Part shown: positions 36,936 through 51,900 of the stretch, in pieces
How the letters are laid out: every line of letters begins with the position of its first letter
Numbering within the stretch: the stretch's first letter is position 1
Source of the DNA: Candidatus Cloacimonadales bacterium
GTDB lineage: Bacteria; Cloacimonadota; Cloacimonadia; Cloacimonadales; JAIOQZ01
Direction of reading: 5' to 3'
Assembly: GCA_963674825.1 (NCBI GenBank)
Contig: OY771587.1
Location: 2,624,001-2,688,000 of the forward strand
DNA: 64,000 nucleotides
Translations under genes and position numbers: made by a program
The notes under the pieces: model-generated
Databases searched by the model: none
The model's input: only the letters and a program-made list of their open reading frames with translations
Told to the model about the DNA's origin: nothing

Positions 36936-36946
36936 CTTTCACCTCC

Positions 36947-39900
36947 TTACCGAATTAAGTAAATTTTGCCACGTTTCTCGATACTGCCGTTTTTACGTAG
37001 CACGTAGATGTATGGTCCGCTTATACACTTGGAACCACCATCGTTTTTGCCGTCCCAGCTCAGGCTCATGCCTGTGCCGTCATAGACGCCCTTTACGTCG
37101 CGTACGCGTTTACCATGCAGATCGTAAATATTCATTGTAGCATCGATGTTTCCGCTGTTAATCAGCCGCACTGTGTATGTATCGTTCAGACCGTCGCCGT
37201 TCGGTGAGAAGGCGTTGGGCTGCGGTTCGATCGAGTTACCGCGAACCGTGATATTGACGTCGGTTTCATCGACACCGTTGTGCACGATTTCGATTTCACC
37301 GGTATAGACCTGTCGAGTACTCGGCGTAAACTTCACGTAGAAGTCTTCGCTGCCTTGGTATGGGATGGTCAGACTCAGGGTTTGTACCCAGCCTCCATCT
37401 GTTCCATGCCGTATCTGGAATCCGGGTGGAGCTCCGATCTCTGATACGACAAGCTCGTAGTTTCCTGTGTTCTCAATTGTGAACATCTGCGGATCCGATT
37501 CCTCACCCGCGAAGACATCTCCGAAGTTCATCGAAGTTACGTCAACAGCAATATTCGGAAGCGGTGTGGCTACGATCGCGCGGATCATCAGGTCACCGGT
37601 GGTGATTGCACCCCATCCGGTACCGCCATCCACGTAGCTGTGTCCGCTGATCGGGTCGCCTGTGTCAAAGCCAACCTGATACGGATGGGCGTAATCTACC
37701 ACGACATGGAATCTGCCACCAACAAATTCCGGTTGAAGGTCAGCCGGTACATCCAGGACGTTCCAACCGAGGTGAAGATCGCCAGCAGCGTAGTCAATCG
37801 CGGTGATGTAATTCTCGTTTGTAGGCGTATCGCCGTCACCGTAGAGGTTAATCAGCAGATCCTGCGTATCGAGTGTTTCCAGATAGATCGCGAATTTGAT
37901 CAGGGTGCTGGTCGGTGTGTAACGCTGGATCGGGCTCAGATCGAACTGAACGCCGAACTCGTTGCCCTGGCCGTAGCCCTGTTCCGATGTTCCGTCGTCG
38001 TAGAAGAGCGAGAACTCTGTAACCGGCAGCGGATAGACCGTCGTGATGACCGAGAATGTGGATTCGCCAGTCCAGTCGATGTGATCAACCTGGAGTACGG
38101 CAGCGACCTTGTAGAAGTTGTTCGCGCCAGTAACAGGATTCTCATCGATGTACTGTGTTGCATCCGCGCCCAGTTCGGCCAGTAGCTCATATTCGTCATC
38201 GTAAAGGTTTGAACGATAGACGTTGTATCCAGCCAGCCATTTCGAGCTTACGGGAGCGCTCCATGTCAGGGTCGAACCATCGTTGAACAGCTCCGGCGTC
38301 AGGTTGCGCGGTGCGTCGTTCTGGTTGATGACCGTGAAGGAGAAGCTCTTCTCGTCGAATCCGGCATCATTCTGCAGGTGGACGGTGATTTCATACAGGT
38401 TTGTCTGCTCTGCCGTCGGTGTCCAGCTCATTACGCCGGTTTCGCCATCGATGGTCATTCCTGCGGGAGGATCGACCAGCGAGTATTCGGCGACCGGGTA
38501 GAACTCGCCGGTAACGGTGAAGGTCCAAGGTGTATTGATATTATAAACGACCTGCGCGTCGATCGGATCGATTACCGGCACGTCGATGATGTTGATCACG
38601 GTGATCACAACATCTTGCTGTGCGGTTGCGCCATCGTTGTCTTCTGCATAGAAGGTGATCGTCTCGGTTCCATACCAGTCGGTTTCCGGATCGAGTGAAA
38701 CGATGCCGTCGTTGATTCCGACTACGATGTGGATGTTGCCGCTGTAGCTGTAGGTCAGCACGTCACCCCAGATGAGGTCGTCATCGGAGAACATGTTGTT
38801 CAGATCCAGCGACTGGTCGATCTCGTTTTCGTTGATCTGGAGGCTATCGACCGGGTTTGCCACGTAAGGTGCGTCATTGACGTTGATCACTGTGATGGTG
38901 AACGCCTGCATTGCGGTATCGCGCTTCTGCACGGATGCCTTAAGCGATGTGCGGTTGATACCGTCGTCGAGTACCAGCACGACGTCGTTGTCACCCACGT
39001 TGGCGTTGGTCGGCGTACCTTCCAACACTGCGCTGGTGTTGTCGGACTGGGTCAGCGTGAGCCACTCAGGACCAGTCGTCATTGTAATCGTCAGCACCGG
39101 GTTAGGATCGTCGTCGTTGAAGGCGATTGCATAGGAGTAGTTCTCGTCTTCGTTGATTTGAAGGACCGGTGTCGAAGTGAAGTACGGTGCGTCGTTGGTG
39201 TTGATAACCTCAATGTTGAAGGTATCGGTCGCTGATGCGCCTGCTTCATCGGTTGCCATTACGGTGATCATGTAGGTTCCCAGATCGTCGTTGGTCGGCG
39301 TACCGCTGAAGGTACGAGTCGCAGCATCGAAGCTCAGCCAGGCCGGCAGTTCAGAGCCATCAGATTCGGCAGCAGTGTAGGTTAGCACATCACCGTGAAT
39401 CAGGTCATCGTCACCGAATGTGTCTTCCGCGAAGGTGTAGCTGAAGGCTGCGTCTTCGTCGGTTGACTGATCAGGAATCTCGTTCGCCACGTACGGCGCA
39501 TCGTTCACGTTTGTCACCACGATGGTGAAGGACTGGATATCGAGCGTTATACCGTCGTGTACTTCGAGCCCCACTTCGTTATCACCAACGTTCTCGTTGA
39601 GCGGCGTACCTTCGAGCGTTGCAGTTCCGTTACCGTTATCGGTAAGCGTCAGCCAGGTCGGCAGGATTGTCGCGATGATATCGAGGTCGTCGTTCGGGTC
39701 GTCGTCGTCCGCGGTGATGTCATAGGTGTAAACGACATCTTCCGTAGCTGTCGTGAGCGGTGTCGATGTGAAATACGGTGCGTCGTTGGTGTTGTTCACC
39801 GTTAGCTGGAATACGTCGGTTGCTGTTGCACCGGCGTTATCTTCTGCGGTTACCGCGATCTGGTAGGTTCCGAGATCGTCGTTGGTCGGTGTGCCGCTGA

Positions 39901-42900
39901 ATGTGCGCGTTGCAGCATCGAAGCTCAGCCATGCCGGCAGCGGATCGCCGCCATCCTGCTCTGCGCTGTAGGTGAGCGCATCGCCGTGGATGATGTCGTC
40001 ATCGCCGAAGGTGTCGTCAGCGAAGGCGAAGCTGAACGCTGCGTCTTCGGTTGCGGTCTGATCCGGGATCACGTTCGCTACGTACGGTGCGTCGTTCACG
40101 TTCGCGACTTCGATATCGAAGATCTGAGTCGCTACCACGCGTACGCCGTCGCTTACTGTCAGTGTGACCGGGTTGGTTCCAACGTTTTCGTTGAGCGGAG
40201 TACCGGTGATGTCACCGGTTCCGTCGCCGTTGTCGGTGAGGGTCAGCCAGGTCGGCAGAACGTCAGCGCCGAGGACTAGGGTTGCACCCGGATCGACGTC
40301 GTTGGTTTCGATGTTATAGGTATAAACTGCGTCTTCGGTCGCGGTAGTTACCGGCTCGGAGACGAAGTACGGATCGTCTTGCGTGTTTTCTACGGTAAGG
40401 ATGAACACGTCGGTTGCTGTTGCACCCGCGATGTCTTCCGCGATGACAGCGATCGAATAGGTGTCGATGTCATCGTTGGTCGGCGTGCCGCTGAATGTGC
40501 GCGTTGCAGCATCGAAGCTCAGCCATGCCGGCAGCGGATCGCCACCATCCTGCTGAGCGCTGTAAGTCAGCGCATCGCCGTGGATGAAGTCGTCATCGCC
40601 GAAGGTGTCGTCAGCGAAGGTAAAGCTGAAGAGCTCATCTTCGATGGCATTCTGATCGGCGATCGGGTTCATCACGTACGGTGCGTCGTTGCTGTTCGCT
40701 ACTTCGATATCGAAGATCTGAGTCGCTACCACGCGTACACCGTCGCTTACTGTCAGTGTGACCGGGTTGGTTCCGACGTTTTCGTTGAGCGGAGTACCGG
40801 TGATGTTACCGGTTCCGTCGCCGTTGTCGGTGAGCGTCAGCCAAGTCGGCAGAACGTCAGCGCCGAGGACCAGGGTTGCACCCGGATCGACGTCGTTGGT
40901 CTCGATGTTATAGGTATAAACTGCGTCTTCGGTCGCGGTAGTTACCGGCTCGGAGACGAAGTACGGATCGTCTTGCGTGTTTTCTACGGTCAGCACAAAC
41001 ACGTCAGTTGCTGATGCACCCGCGATGTCTTCCGCGATGACAGCGATCGAATAGGTGTCGATGTCATCGTTGGTCGGCGTGCCGCTGAATGTGCGTGTTG
41101 CAGCATCGAAGCTCAGCCATGCCGGCAGCGGATCGCCACCATCCTGCTGAGCGCTGTAGGTGAGCGCATCGCCGTGGATGATGTCGTCATCGCCGAAGGT
41201 GTCGTCAGCGAAGGCGAAGCTGAACGCTGCGTCTTCGGTGGCGGTCTGATCCGGGATCGGGTTCATCACGTACGGTGCGTCGTTGCTGTTCGCGACTTCG
41301 ATATCGAAGATCTGAGTCGCTACCACGCGTACACCGTCGCTTACTGTCAGTGTGACCGGGTTGGTTCCGACGTTTTCGTTGAGCGGCGTACCGGTGATAT
41401 TACCGGTTCCGTCGCCGTTGTCGGTGAGCGTCAGCCAGGTCGGCAGTACGTCAGCGCTGAGGATCAGGGTTGCACCCGGATCGACATCGTTGGTAACAAT
41501 GTTATAGGTATAGACAACGTCTTCGGTCGCGGTGGTTACCGGTGCGGAGACGAAGTACGGATCGTCTTGCGTGTTCGTGACAACGATTTCGAAGTCGTCG
41601 AACGCTGTCAGTCCGCCAATGTCGGTAGCGGTCACACGGATGAGCCATGTACCGATGTCGGCGTTTTCAGGCATACCGCTGTAGGCACGAGTGGCATTGT
41701 CGAAAGACAGCCAGGCAGGCAGCGGATCGCCATCTTGCTGGGTTGATGTGTAGCTCAGTACATCTCCGAACCCGAAGTCTTCATCATCGAAGGTATCGGC
41801 TGCGAAGGTGAAGCTGAACGGCGTATCTTCGATCGCATTCTGGTCGGCGATCGGGTTCATCACGTACGGTGCGTCGTTGCTGTTTACAACCGTGATCACA
41901 AACACGCCTTCCGCGGTCTGATTCTCAATGTCGGTTGCAATAACTTTCACATTGTAAGTTCCGATGTCCGCGAATACCGGCATACCGCTGTAGGTGCGGG
42001 TAGCAGGATCAAATCCAAGCCAGGCCGGAAGTGCGGAGTCGTCATCCAGGGTGGATGTGTAGGTTAGCACGTCGCCATTGATCAGATCGTCGTCCAGGAA
42101 GGTGTTCTCCGGGAATGTGTATTCGAATGCCATATCCTCATGAGCTTCCTGGTTCGGAATCGCGTTTGCGTAGTACGGAGCGTCGTTCACGTTTGCCACG
42201 TTAATGATGAAGCTCTGTGCCATTGGATCGTTGATTCCGTCTGTGACGGTAATCTCCACCGCGTTCTCGCCGACGTTCTCGTTGAGAGGCGTACCGGTGA
42301 GGGTTGCGGTGTTATCACCGTTATCGGTGAGAGTCAGCCAGGCGGGAATTGTAACTCCGCTGAAGCTGAGTGCCTCGAGGTTGATATCAGAGGCTGTGAT
42401 GTTGTAGGTGTAGAGCGCGTCCTCAGTCGCATCGACAACTGGTGTCGATGTGAAGAACGGCGGCTCCTGGCTAAACACCACGTCGAGCATGAACACGTCT
42501 TCGACGCTTTGGAGGTCAAGATCGGTTGCGATTACTTTGATCTGCCATGTTGCAATCGCATCGGGCGTACCATTGAAGTTGCGCGTGGCAGGATCGAAGG
42601 TAAGCCATGCTGGGAGCGGACTTCCATCTTCCTGCGTTGCGGTGTAGGTCAAGACATCTCCCGGAGTCGGTTCGATGAACGTGTTAACCGGGAAGGTGTA
42701 GTTGTAGAGCAGGTTGACGAAGGTCGATTGATCCGGGATCGAGTTGGAGACCACCGGTGGTTCGACAACGTTCTGTACGTGAATGACGAACGATTGATCG
42801 ACCGGTACTCCGGTTGAATCGGCTACGCTAATAACGACTGGATTGTCACCGATATTGCTCTGGTAAGGCGTTCCAGCGAGGAGCGCTGTTCCGTTGCCGT

Positions 42901-45900
42901 TATCGGTGAGTGTCAGCCAGCTTGGCAGAGTGATCGCCGTGAAGGTCAGGTTGTCCATCACGTCGATATCTTCCACTACGATGTTGTACGCATAGGCTTC
43001 AGCTTCCACCGCAGTTGTGTCGGGTGTCGAGGTGAAGTACGGCATATCGTTCGTGTTGTGAACGGTCAGGATGAATACATCCGTAGCGCTCAGCTGATAG
43101 ATGTCCGTCGCTGTAACTGCGATCGCGTAGCTTCCAACTTCATTCTGAGTCGGCAGACCGTTGAAGTTGCGTGTGATATCGTTAAATCTCAGCCATACCG
43201 GTAGCGGATCTCCGTTCTCCAGTAATGCTGAGTAGGTCAGTGTATTGTTCACGTCGATGTCCGCGAAGGTGTTTTCCGGGAATGTGTAGCTGAAGGCTGC
43301 GTCTTCCCAGGCATCCTGATCGGGAATCGGGTTAGCGACATACGGTGCGTCCGGCTCGTCGAGAACGCGCAGGTTGAATTCGTCTGTTGCCTGGAGTCCT
43401 TCTTCATCGATCGCGATGACCCTGATGACATAGGTTCCTACATCTTCGTGAGTCGGGATACCGTTGAACGAACGAGTCTCCGATGTGAATTCGAGCCATT
43501 CAGGAAGTGCGCTTCCATCTGAGAGCTGTGCCTCATAGGTGAGCACATCACCCCAAAGGATGTCCGGATCGTAGAACGTATCGACGCGGAAGGTGAACGA
43601 GTAAGAGGTGAGTTCGTAGATCTCGTGATCCTGGATCGGATGAACGAGATACGGAGCGTCGTTCAGGTTCGCTACTGTCAGCACGAAGGAAGCGGTAGCA
43701 GTCTGTCCGGCCGGGTCTGACGCAATCAAGTCGATCGCCAGTTCACCGACATTGTCGTTGGTCGGTGTACCGCTGAAGTTCCGTGTCACAGCGTCGAAGG
43801 TCAGCCACAGCGGCAGTTCGCCATCTCCGCTTATGATCGCGTTGTAGGTCAGCGCATCGCCATCCAGGTCACCAAAGGTGTTTTCCGGGAAGGTGTAGCT
43901 GAATGCCATATCCTGCGTCGCAGTTTGGTTCGGAATCGCATTCTGTACGAACGGCGGTGAATTCACATCCAGCACCTCGATCGAGAAGCTTTGCTCAGTC
44001 GGAGGAACAGTGATGCCGTCGTCTGCGTTCAGGGTAACCGCGTTAGCTCCCACGTACTGCCAGGTTGGTGTACCGGAGAGGAGCGCAGTGCCGTCGCCGT
44101 TGTCGGTGAGTGTGAGCCATTCCGGCAAGACCGGCGCGGTGATGAGGATTCCGAGGTTTGTCCCATCGTCTGTCACGGTGATCGCGTAGGAGTAAAGCTC
44201 TCCTTCGTTGACTCTCAGGACAGGTTCGGATGCGAACTGCGGCGGGTTGTTCTCGAGAACCACGCGGAGCATGAATACATCTTCAGCAGATACCAGCGCA
44301 ACGTCGGTTGCAGTTACACGGACATTGTAGATACCAACATCGCTCAGTGTCGGTGTACCGGAGAATTCTCGGTTGGCCGCATCGAATGTAAGCCATGCCG
44401 GCAGCGGATTACCATCGGAAAGGTCTGCCGAATAGGTCAGGACATCTCCGTGGATGATATCGTCGTCGCCGAATGTGTTCTCCGCGAAGGTAAACGAGAA
44501 CAGCGTCTCGATCACAGCTCCGTGGTCGCGAATCGGGTTCGCGATATACGGTGCGTCGTTGACGTTCTGGACTTCCAGCGTGAACGACTGATCGGTCGAT
44601 TGGCGGATACCATCATCCACGCGAATGGTGATCGGGAACGATCCGACATTGTCGTTGGTCGGTGTTCCTTGAAGGACAGCCGTGCCGTTGCCGTTGTCGG
44701 TGAGTGTCAGCCAGTCTGCGATCTGGACGCCGGTGATGTTGATCTCTTCGCTGAATCCGTCATCGGTGGTTGTGATATTATAGATGTAAGCGACATCCTC
44801 GGTAGCCGTGGTTACCGGCGTTGAAGTGAATGTCGGCGGCATGTTGTCTGTGTAAACGGTCAGCACGAAGTCGTCATAAACGAATGCGCCATCTTCATCG
44901 GTTACTGTTACGCGGGTGTCGTAAAGACCGACATCCATCAAGTCTGGCATACCGGTGAATGTGTGGGTTGCCGGATCGAATATGAGCCAGGCGGGAAGCA
45001 CCGAGCCGTCCGCAATCTTTGCGCTCCAGGTCAGTACATCGCCCCACATGATGTCATCGTCGCCGAATGTTCCTTCTGGAATCTCATAGTCGAGCATGAC
45101 ACCCTGGCGGATACCAACATCCGCGATCGGGTTGATCAGATACGGTGTGTCGTTTACATTATTTACCGTGATGACGAATTCCTGCTCGGTAACCACCCGG
45201 ACATTGTCGCTTGCCTGAAGAACCACCTGGTGGTCGCCAACGTTCGCGTTTTCGGGGGTTCCGGTAAGGAGTGCTGTGCCGTCGCCATTATCGGTGAGGG
45301 TCAGCCACGCGGGAAGAATCGACGCACTGATCTGTACGCCGAATCCGACGCCGTCATCTTCGGTTGTGATGTTATACGTGTACAGTGCGTCTTCATCGAC
45401 TTCCGTAACCGGTGTTGAAGTGAATTCCGGTGGAAGGTTGCCGGAGAAGACCTGTAATGTGAATATGTCGGTTGCAGATTCCATCGCGTCGTCTGTGGCC
45501 GTTACGGAAATGGAATAGTCACCCGAATCTTGCAGCATCGGCGTTCCGCTGAATGTGCGCGTTGTTCCATCGAATGTCAGCCAATCGGGTAGCGCTTCTC
45601 TCGTTGTGAGCATTGCACTGTAGGTCAGATGATCACCATGGATCAGATCCGGATCGTCAAACGTGTTTTCCGGAATTGTGTACTCGAAAGCAGCATCGGC
45701 TGCAGTTGTGAGATCCGGAATCTCGTTTGCCACATATGGTGCGTCGTTGACGTTGTAGATCGTCAGTGTGAATTGCTGGCTGGACGCTTCGCGAATAATG
45801 CCGTCGCTGACGTAGAGGACGATTTCTTCCTCGCCAACATCGCCATTTGCAGGAGTACCCGAAAGAACGGCTGTTCCATCGCCGTTGTCCACCAGGGTCA

Positions 45901-48900
45901 ACCAAGCCGGGATCACACCATCGACGATGGTCAGACCAGCGTTGATCGCGTCGTCTTCTGCTACTACATTATATGTGTAGAGGCTGTTTTGCCATGCTTC
46001 GGTTACCGGAGTACTCACGAATTCCGGAGCACTGTTGTACGGGCGAATCGTCAAGTCGAAGAGATCGCTTGCCGAAGCTCCCGATTGGTCGAAGGCCGTC
46101 AGTTTGATAGTATAGAGGTTCGCCATGAATTCGCTTGGCGTTCCGGAGTATGTCAGACCATCAGGATTGAAGATAAGCCATGAAGGCAGAGGACTGCCAT
46201 CGATCAGGCTTGATCTGTAGATGATCTGATCGCCGTAGATAGCGTCCGGATCTTCGAATGTATCGCTGTTCGCGCTGAACTCGAAGTACTGGTTCGTGTA
46301 AGCGAACTGGTTTTCATTCGGGTTCGAGAGATACGGAGCGTCGTTCACGTTATTGACTGTCAGCGTGTAGGCTTGCTCGGTTGGGGTTGCGATACCGTCG
46401 CTGGCATAGACGATGATGTTGTAAGCTCCAACATTCTCGTTTGCCGGGACACCGGTGATGATCGCCACGCCGTTACCGAAGTCGTTGAACGAAAGCCATT
46501 CAGGCAGTTCGTTCGTCGTGATTTCGATTCCATTCAGGTTGATATTATCGTCTGTTACGAAGATCTCATAGGTATAGCGCGAATCCTGATCGATAGCTTC
46601 AACCGGTGAAGATGCAAATACCGGCGCAAGGTTCGATGTGATCACGCGCAGATTGAAATCATCATACGCAGTTTCACCCAGGTTATCGGTAACCTCTACC
46701 CGGATGGGTGTGATGCCTTCATCCCCAGGCTGCGGTGTACCGCTGATTGTGCGGGTCGCGTTATCGATGGTAAGCCATGCTGGTGCGGGGCTTCCATCTA
46801 CAGTCATGATCTCGTATGTGAGCGCGTCTCCCTGGTCTGGATCGACGAAAGCATTTTCATCGACAGTATAGCTGAAGAACGTGTTCACGATTGCGAACTG
46901 GTCGCTCAGCGGGATGGCAACGTAAGGCGGATGATTCAGCTCATTAACCAGGATCGAAAACGCCTGCTCGACCGGAGCTGCGATTCCGTCGCTGACTGTC
47001 AGCACGACAGCGTTCGGTCCAGTGTGTTCGACTGATGGCGTACCTGTCAGGGTCGCGGTTCCATCCTCGTTATCGTAAAGTGCCAGCCATTCTGGCAGAA
47101 CCGGTGCTTCGATCACGATACCACCGAAGTTGTTGCCGTCATCGTTGGTTTCCACTTCGTATGTGTAGAGGTGATCGACATCGATCATTTCCAGCGGCAT
47201 CGAGATGAATGCCGGCGGCTGGTTCTCTGTGAAGACGCGTAGCAGGAAGATATCTGCAGCGCTCAGGTCACCCTGGTCGGTCACTGTTACGCGGATATAA
47301 TAGAATCCGGCATCGGTGATCGCGGGAGTTCCCTGAAGTTCACGTGTATCCTGGTTGAATGCAAGCCACGCAGGAAGATCGTTTCCATCGGACAGCTCAG
47401 CGCTCCAGGTCAGGACATCTGTCGGATCCGGGTCGCTGAACGTGTTTTCCGGAACGATGTAGCTGAAGAGCTCTTCGGTTACAGTTGTCTGATCCGGAAT
47501 GTTGTTCACGAGAACCGGTGACTGGTTCACATCGTAAACCTCGATGGTGAATTCCTGCCATACTGGCGGCAGGATATTATCTGTAACGTTCAGGACAACA
47601 TTGTGTAGGCCCTGATCGGTTGCAGCCGGTGTGCCGGAAAGAACCGCCGTGCCGTCTCCGTTGTCGGTGAAGTTCAGCCATGCAGGCAGGGTTGTCGCGT
47701 TGATTGTGATGCCCAGGTTGATGCCATCGTCACGGGTTCTGATATCGTAAACATACGGAATATTCTCGTATGCTTCGGTCACAGGCAGTGATGTGAACAC
47801 GGGCGGTACGTCTTCGGCGTAAACAGAAATTGTGAAGTTATCCGAAGCGGATTCGTTACCGGTATCGGTCACGATCACACGGATGGAATAGGTACCGATG
47901 TTCGCAGCCGAAGGAAGACCGGAGAACCGGTGTTCTTCAGCATCAAAGATCAACCATGCCGGAAGCGGATTGCCGCTGGACAGCGTCGCCGTATAGGTAA
48001 GGACGTCGCCTTCGTCAGCATCGGTAAAGGTGTCTTCCGGGATCACAAACAGGAAGTTCTGGTGAATCAGCGCCGCCTGATCGGCGATCGGGTTGATAAG
48101 CACCGGTGGTGTATTGATGTTCGCCACGTTGATGTTGAACATCTGGGTTACCGGTGCTGCGATTCCATCGGAGACTGTCAGCAGCACGGTGTGGTTGCCG
48201 ACATCTTCGTTATTGGGTGTACCGCTCAAGGTGGCGGTACCGTCGTTATGATCGGTGAAATCAAGCCACAACGGAAGCTGCGGAGCGCTGATCGAGATAC
48301 CAAGATTCACGCCGTCGTCCGTGGTGGTGATGTCGTATTGATACGGAACGCCTTCGATAGCCGCTGTAATTGGGGTCGATGTGAAGGATGGCGCGATATT
48401 GCTGTCGATCACCTGGAGATCGAAGTCATCCGAAACCGAAGTCAGTTGGGTATCGGTTGCGGTGACGCGGATCGTGTAGGTTCCGATATCACTCAATCCA
48501 GGCGTACCTGTGAAGTAGCGGGAAAGAGGTGCGAAACTCAACCAGGCCGGCAGTGCCGAGCCATCGCTGAGAGTCGCGGTATAGGTCAGCACATCTCCGT
48601 GGATGAGGTCGTCATCTCCGAAGGTGCTTTCAGGGAATATGTAGTCGTAAGACTGGTCGATCATCGCAGCCTGATTCGGGATCGGATTCGCGACGTACGG
48701 AATATCGTTCGTATTCGCGACCGTGATCGTGAAGGACTGCGTTGCCAGTACGCGGGTACCGTCGTTGGCGGTAATAACCACGTTGTTTGCACCAACGTTC
48801 TCGTTGAGCGGTGTACCCTGAAGCAAGCCTGTGCCGTCACCGTTGTCGGTCAGCGTAAGCCATTCTGGAAGCTGCGGAGCAGCGAGAACCAGCACGGCAT

Positions 48901-51900
48901 CCGGATCCGAATCTTCGGCAACTACGTTGTACTGGTAGAGTGCATCTTCTGTTGCGTTAACAACCGGTGTCGATGTGAATACCGGGCTATCGCCGCTGTT
49001 GATGACCTCCAGCGTGAACAGGGCTGCTACCGTCGCACCGAGGTTATCGGTCGCGATGACCTTGATCTCGAGGGTTGCAACGTCGTTGTCGCCAGGTGTG
49101 CCGGAGAACGTACGGGTCAGTTCGCTGAAGCCAAGCCATGCAGGCAACAATGAGCCATCGGACAGCTCGGCACTGTAGCCCAGCATGTCGCCCCAAATGA
49201 TGTCGTCGTCGCCGAAGGTGTTCTCTGCGAAGGTGAAGACGAATGCTTCACCTTCCGTAGCAGCCTGATTCGGGATCGGGTTTGCCACGTACGGTGCATC
49301 GTTGCTGTTCTGGACGGTCAGCGTGTAAACCTGGTGGACCGGATCGGCGATACCGTCGGTGACCACGATGTCGATGTTATGGGTGCCCACGTCTTCATTA
49401 TCCGGTGTACCGCTGATCGTGGCAGAGCCACCACCGTTGTTTACCAGTGAGAGCCATTCGGGCAGATCGGAAGCGAGGAAAACGAGTCCGAAGTTCGGGC
49501 CCGAGTCGGTCGCTGTTGCTATATAAGTGTAGAGTACGTCTTCTGTCGCATCCTCAACAGGAGTCGATGTGAAGACGGGCGGGTCGTTCGAATCGATTAT
49601 CGTAAGCTCGAAGTCATCATACACACTCTCGAGTTGGCTGTCGCGAGCGGTAACTCTGATGATGTAGGTTGTACCAAGCAGTTCGATAGGCGCAGTTCCG
49701 GAGAACATGCGGTTCGCTGCATCGAAGCTTAGCCACTCTGGAAGCGGTTCGCCACTTGTCTGTCGAGCTGAGTACGTGAGCGCATCGCCATAGATCAGAT
49801 CGTCGTCGCCGAATGTTGTCTCGGAGAAGATGAACTGGTACGGTGTAAGCGCGATAGCAGCCTGGTCGGGCAGCGGGTTCTCGACGTAAGGCGGCGTGTT
49901 GACATTGAGTACCTGGAGCTCGAAGACATCGGTCGCGGTGCGTCCAGCGAGATCGGTAGCCGTTACTTCGATGCTATAAGTTCCAACATCTTCGTTAGCA
50001 GGAATACCGCTGAACATACGCTGTGACGGGATGAAGCTCATCCAGCCGGGAAGCGGATCGCCACTGGCGAGGGTCGCGCTGTATGCTAATGCGTCACCAT
50101 AGATGATGTCATCATCTTCGAACGTGTCTTCCGCGAACGAGAAGGAATATGCCGCGTTTTCGTAGGTGACGTGATCCGAGATCGGATTCACGAGCACCGG
50201 CGCGTCGTTGGTGTTAATCACATTGATCGAGAAGCTCTGCTCAATCACCGGAGAGATGCCGTCGCTGAGTGTCAGAACGATATTGTACAGGCCGACGAGT
50301 GAGTTGTCCGGAGTACCGGAAAGCAACGCGGTTCCGTCGCCATTGTCCTGAAGCGAGAGCCAGGCCGGAGCTGTCGGTGCCGCGATAACGATTCCACCAT
50401 TGTTTACTCCGTCGTCGGTTGTGACAACATTATATTGGTACAGGGCATCCTCGAAAGCCGTCGTAACCGGTGTGGATATGAATTCGGGCGGATAGTTCGA
50501 AGGAACGATGTTAAGCTCGAACACATCCGTAGCCATTGCGCCTTCAAGGTCGGTTGCCGTTACCAGGATGTTGTAGATCGCGATGTCGTTTGCCTGCGGT
50601 GTACCGCTGAATGTGAGTGTCTGATCGTCGAAGGTCAGCCATGAGGGAAGCGGATCGCCACCGTAAAGGCTTGCCGAATAGGTCAGCACGTCGCCGGCAT
50701 CGATATCGATGAATGTGCCGGCAGGGATCATGTAGCTGTAAGCCACGTCAGCCTGCGAGACCTGATCCGGGATCGCGTTTACAAGCTGTGGCGCGTCGTT
50801 GACGTTGATAACTTCAATGGTGAAGCTCTGCTCGACCGGATCTGCGATGTGATCCCACACAGTCAGTGTGACATCGTAAAGCCCGATATTGTCGTTGGTC
50901 GGCGTACCACTGAGAGAAGCACTACCCCTACCCAGATCGCTGAAGGTCAGCCATTCGGGTACGACGGGTGCAGCGATGGTGATACCAAAGTTCACGCTGT
51001 CGTCTTCGGCTTCGATGTTATAGACGTAAGGAATATCCTGCGTCGCTTCCGTGATCGGTGTCGAGACGAAGTACGGTACTTCATTCGATGAGAACACAAC
51101 GATCTTGAAGATGTCATACGCGGATTCCATCGCGGCATCCATTGCCGTAACGCGGATCTGATATTCCGTGTTCGGTGCGATACCAGCCGGAGTACCATAG
51201 AAGCGTCGGTCGCCGTCGTCGAATGTCAACCAGCCGGGTAGCGGAGAACCATTGGTGAGCTGCGCCGAGTAGTTGAGGAAGTCACCCGGGTCCGGATCGT
51301 TGAAAGTATCGATCGGGAAGGTATAATCGAACGGCGTATCGACAAAGGCAGCCTGATCGGGGATCGGGTTCACCAGTGACGGTGCGTCGTTGAAGTTATT
51401 GATTGTGAGTGTGAAGTCGTCATAGACCGATTCACCCGCGATATCGGTAGCAATCAACCTGATCGTGTAGTTACCGGTATCGTAATCGGAAGGCAAACCG
51501 CTGAACCTACGAGTGGCCGATGTGAGGGTCAGCCATTCGGGAAGCGGACTGCCGTCGTCCAGAGTTGCGGAGTAGGTCAGGACGTCACCATAGGGGAGAT
51601 CTGGATCGCTGAAGGTGTTCGACGGGAATGTGTAGTTGAATGCCACATCTTCCCAGCCGATAACCAACGTGATCTGATTGAGCACGTACGGTGCGTCGTT
51701 GACGTTAGCGACTGTCAGCGTGAATACGTCGGTTCCGCTTGCTCCTTCAAGGTCGGTCGCGATAACCGCAACATCGTAGGTTCCCACATCCGAATTGGCG
51801 GGGGTTCCGCTGAAGGTGCGTGTCGCTGCGTTGAAGCTGAGCCAGGCCGGAAGCGGCGATGTATTCTGGAGCTGTGCAGAATAGGTCAGTGCATCCGCGG

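Noticed and set aside
39870..41575. CRISPR array or insertion sequence
   Set aside because: In-frame coding repeats with no repeat-spacer pattern, terminal inverted repeats or transposase.
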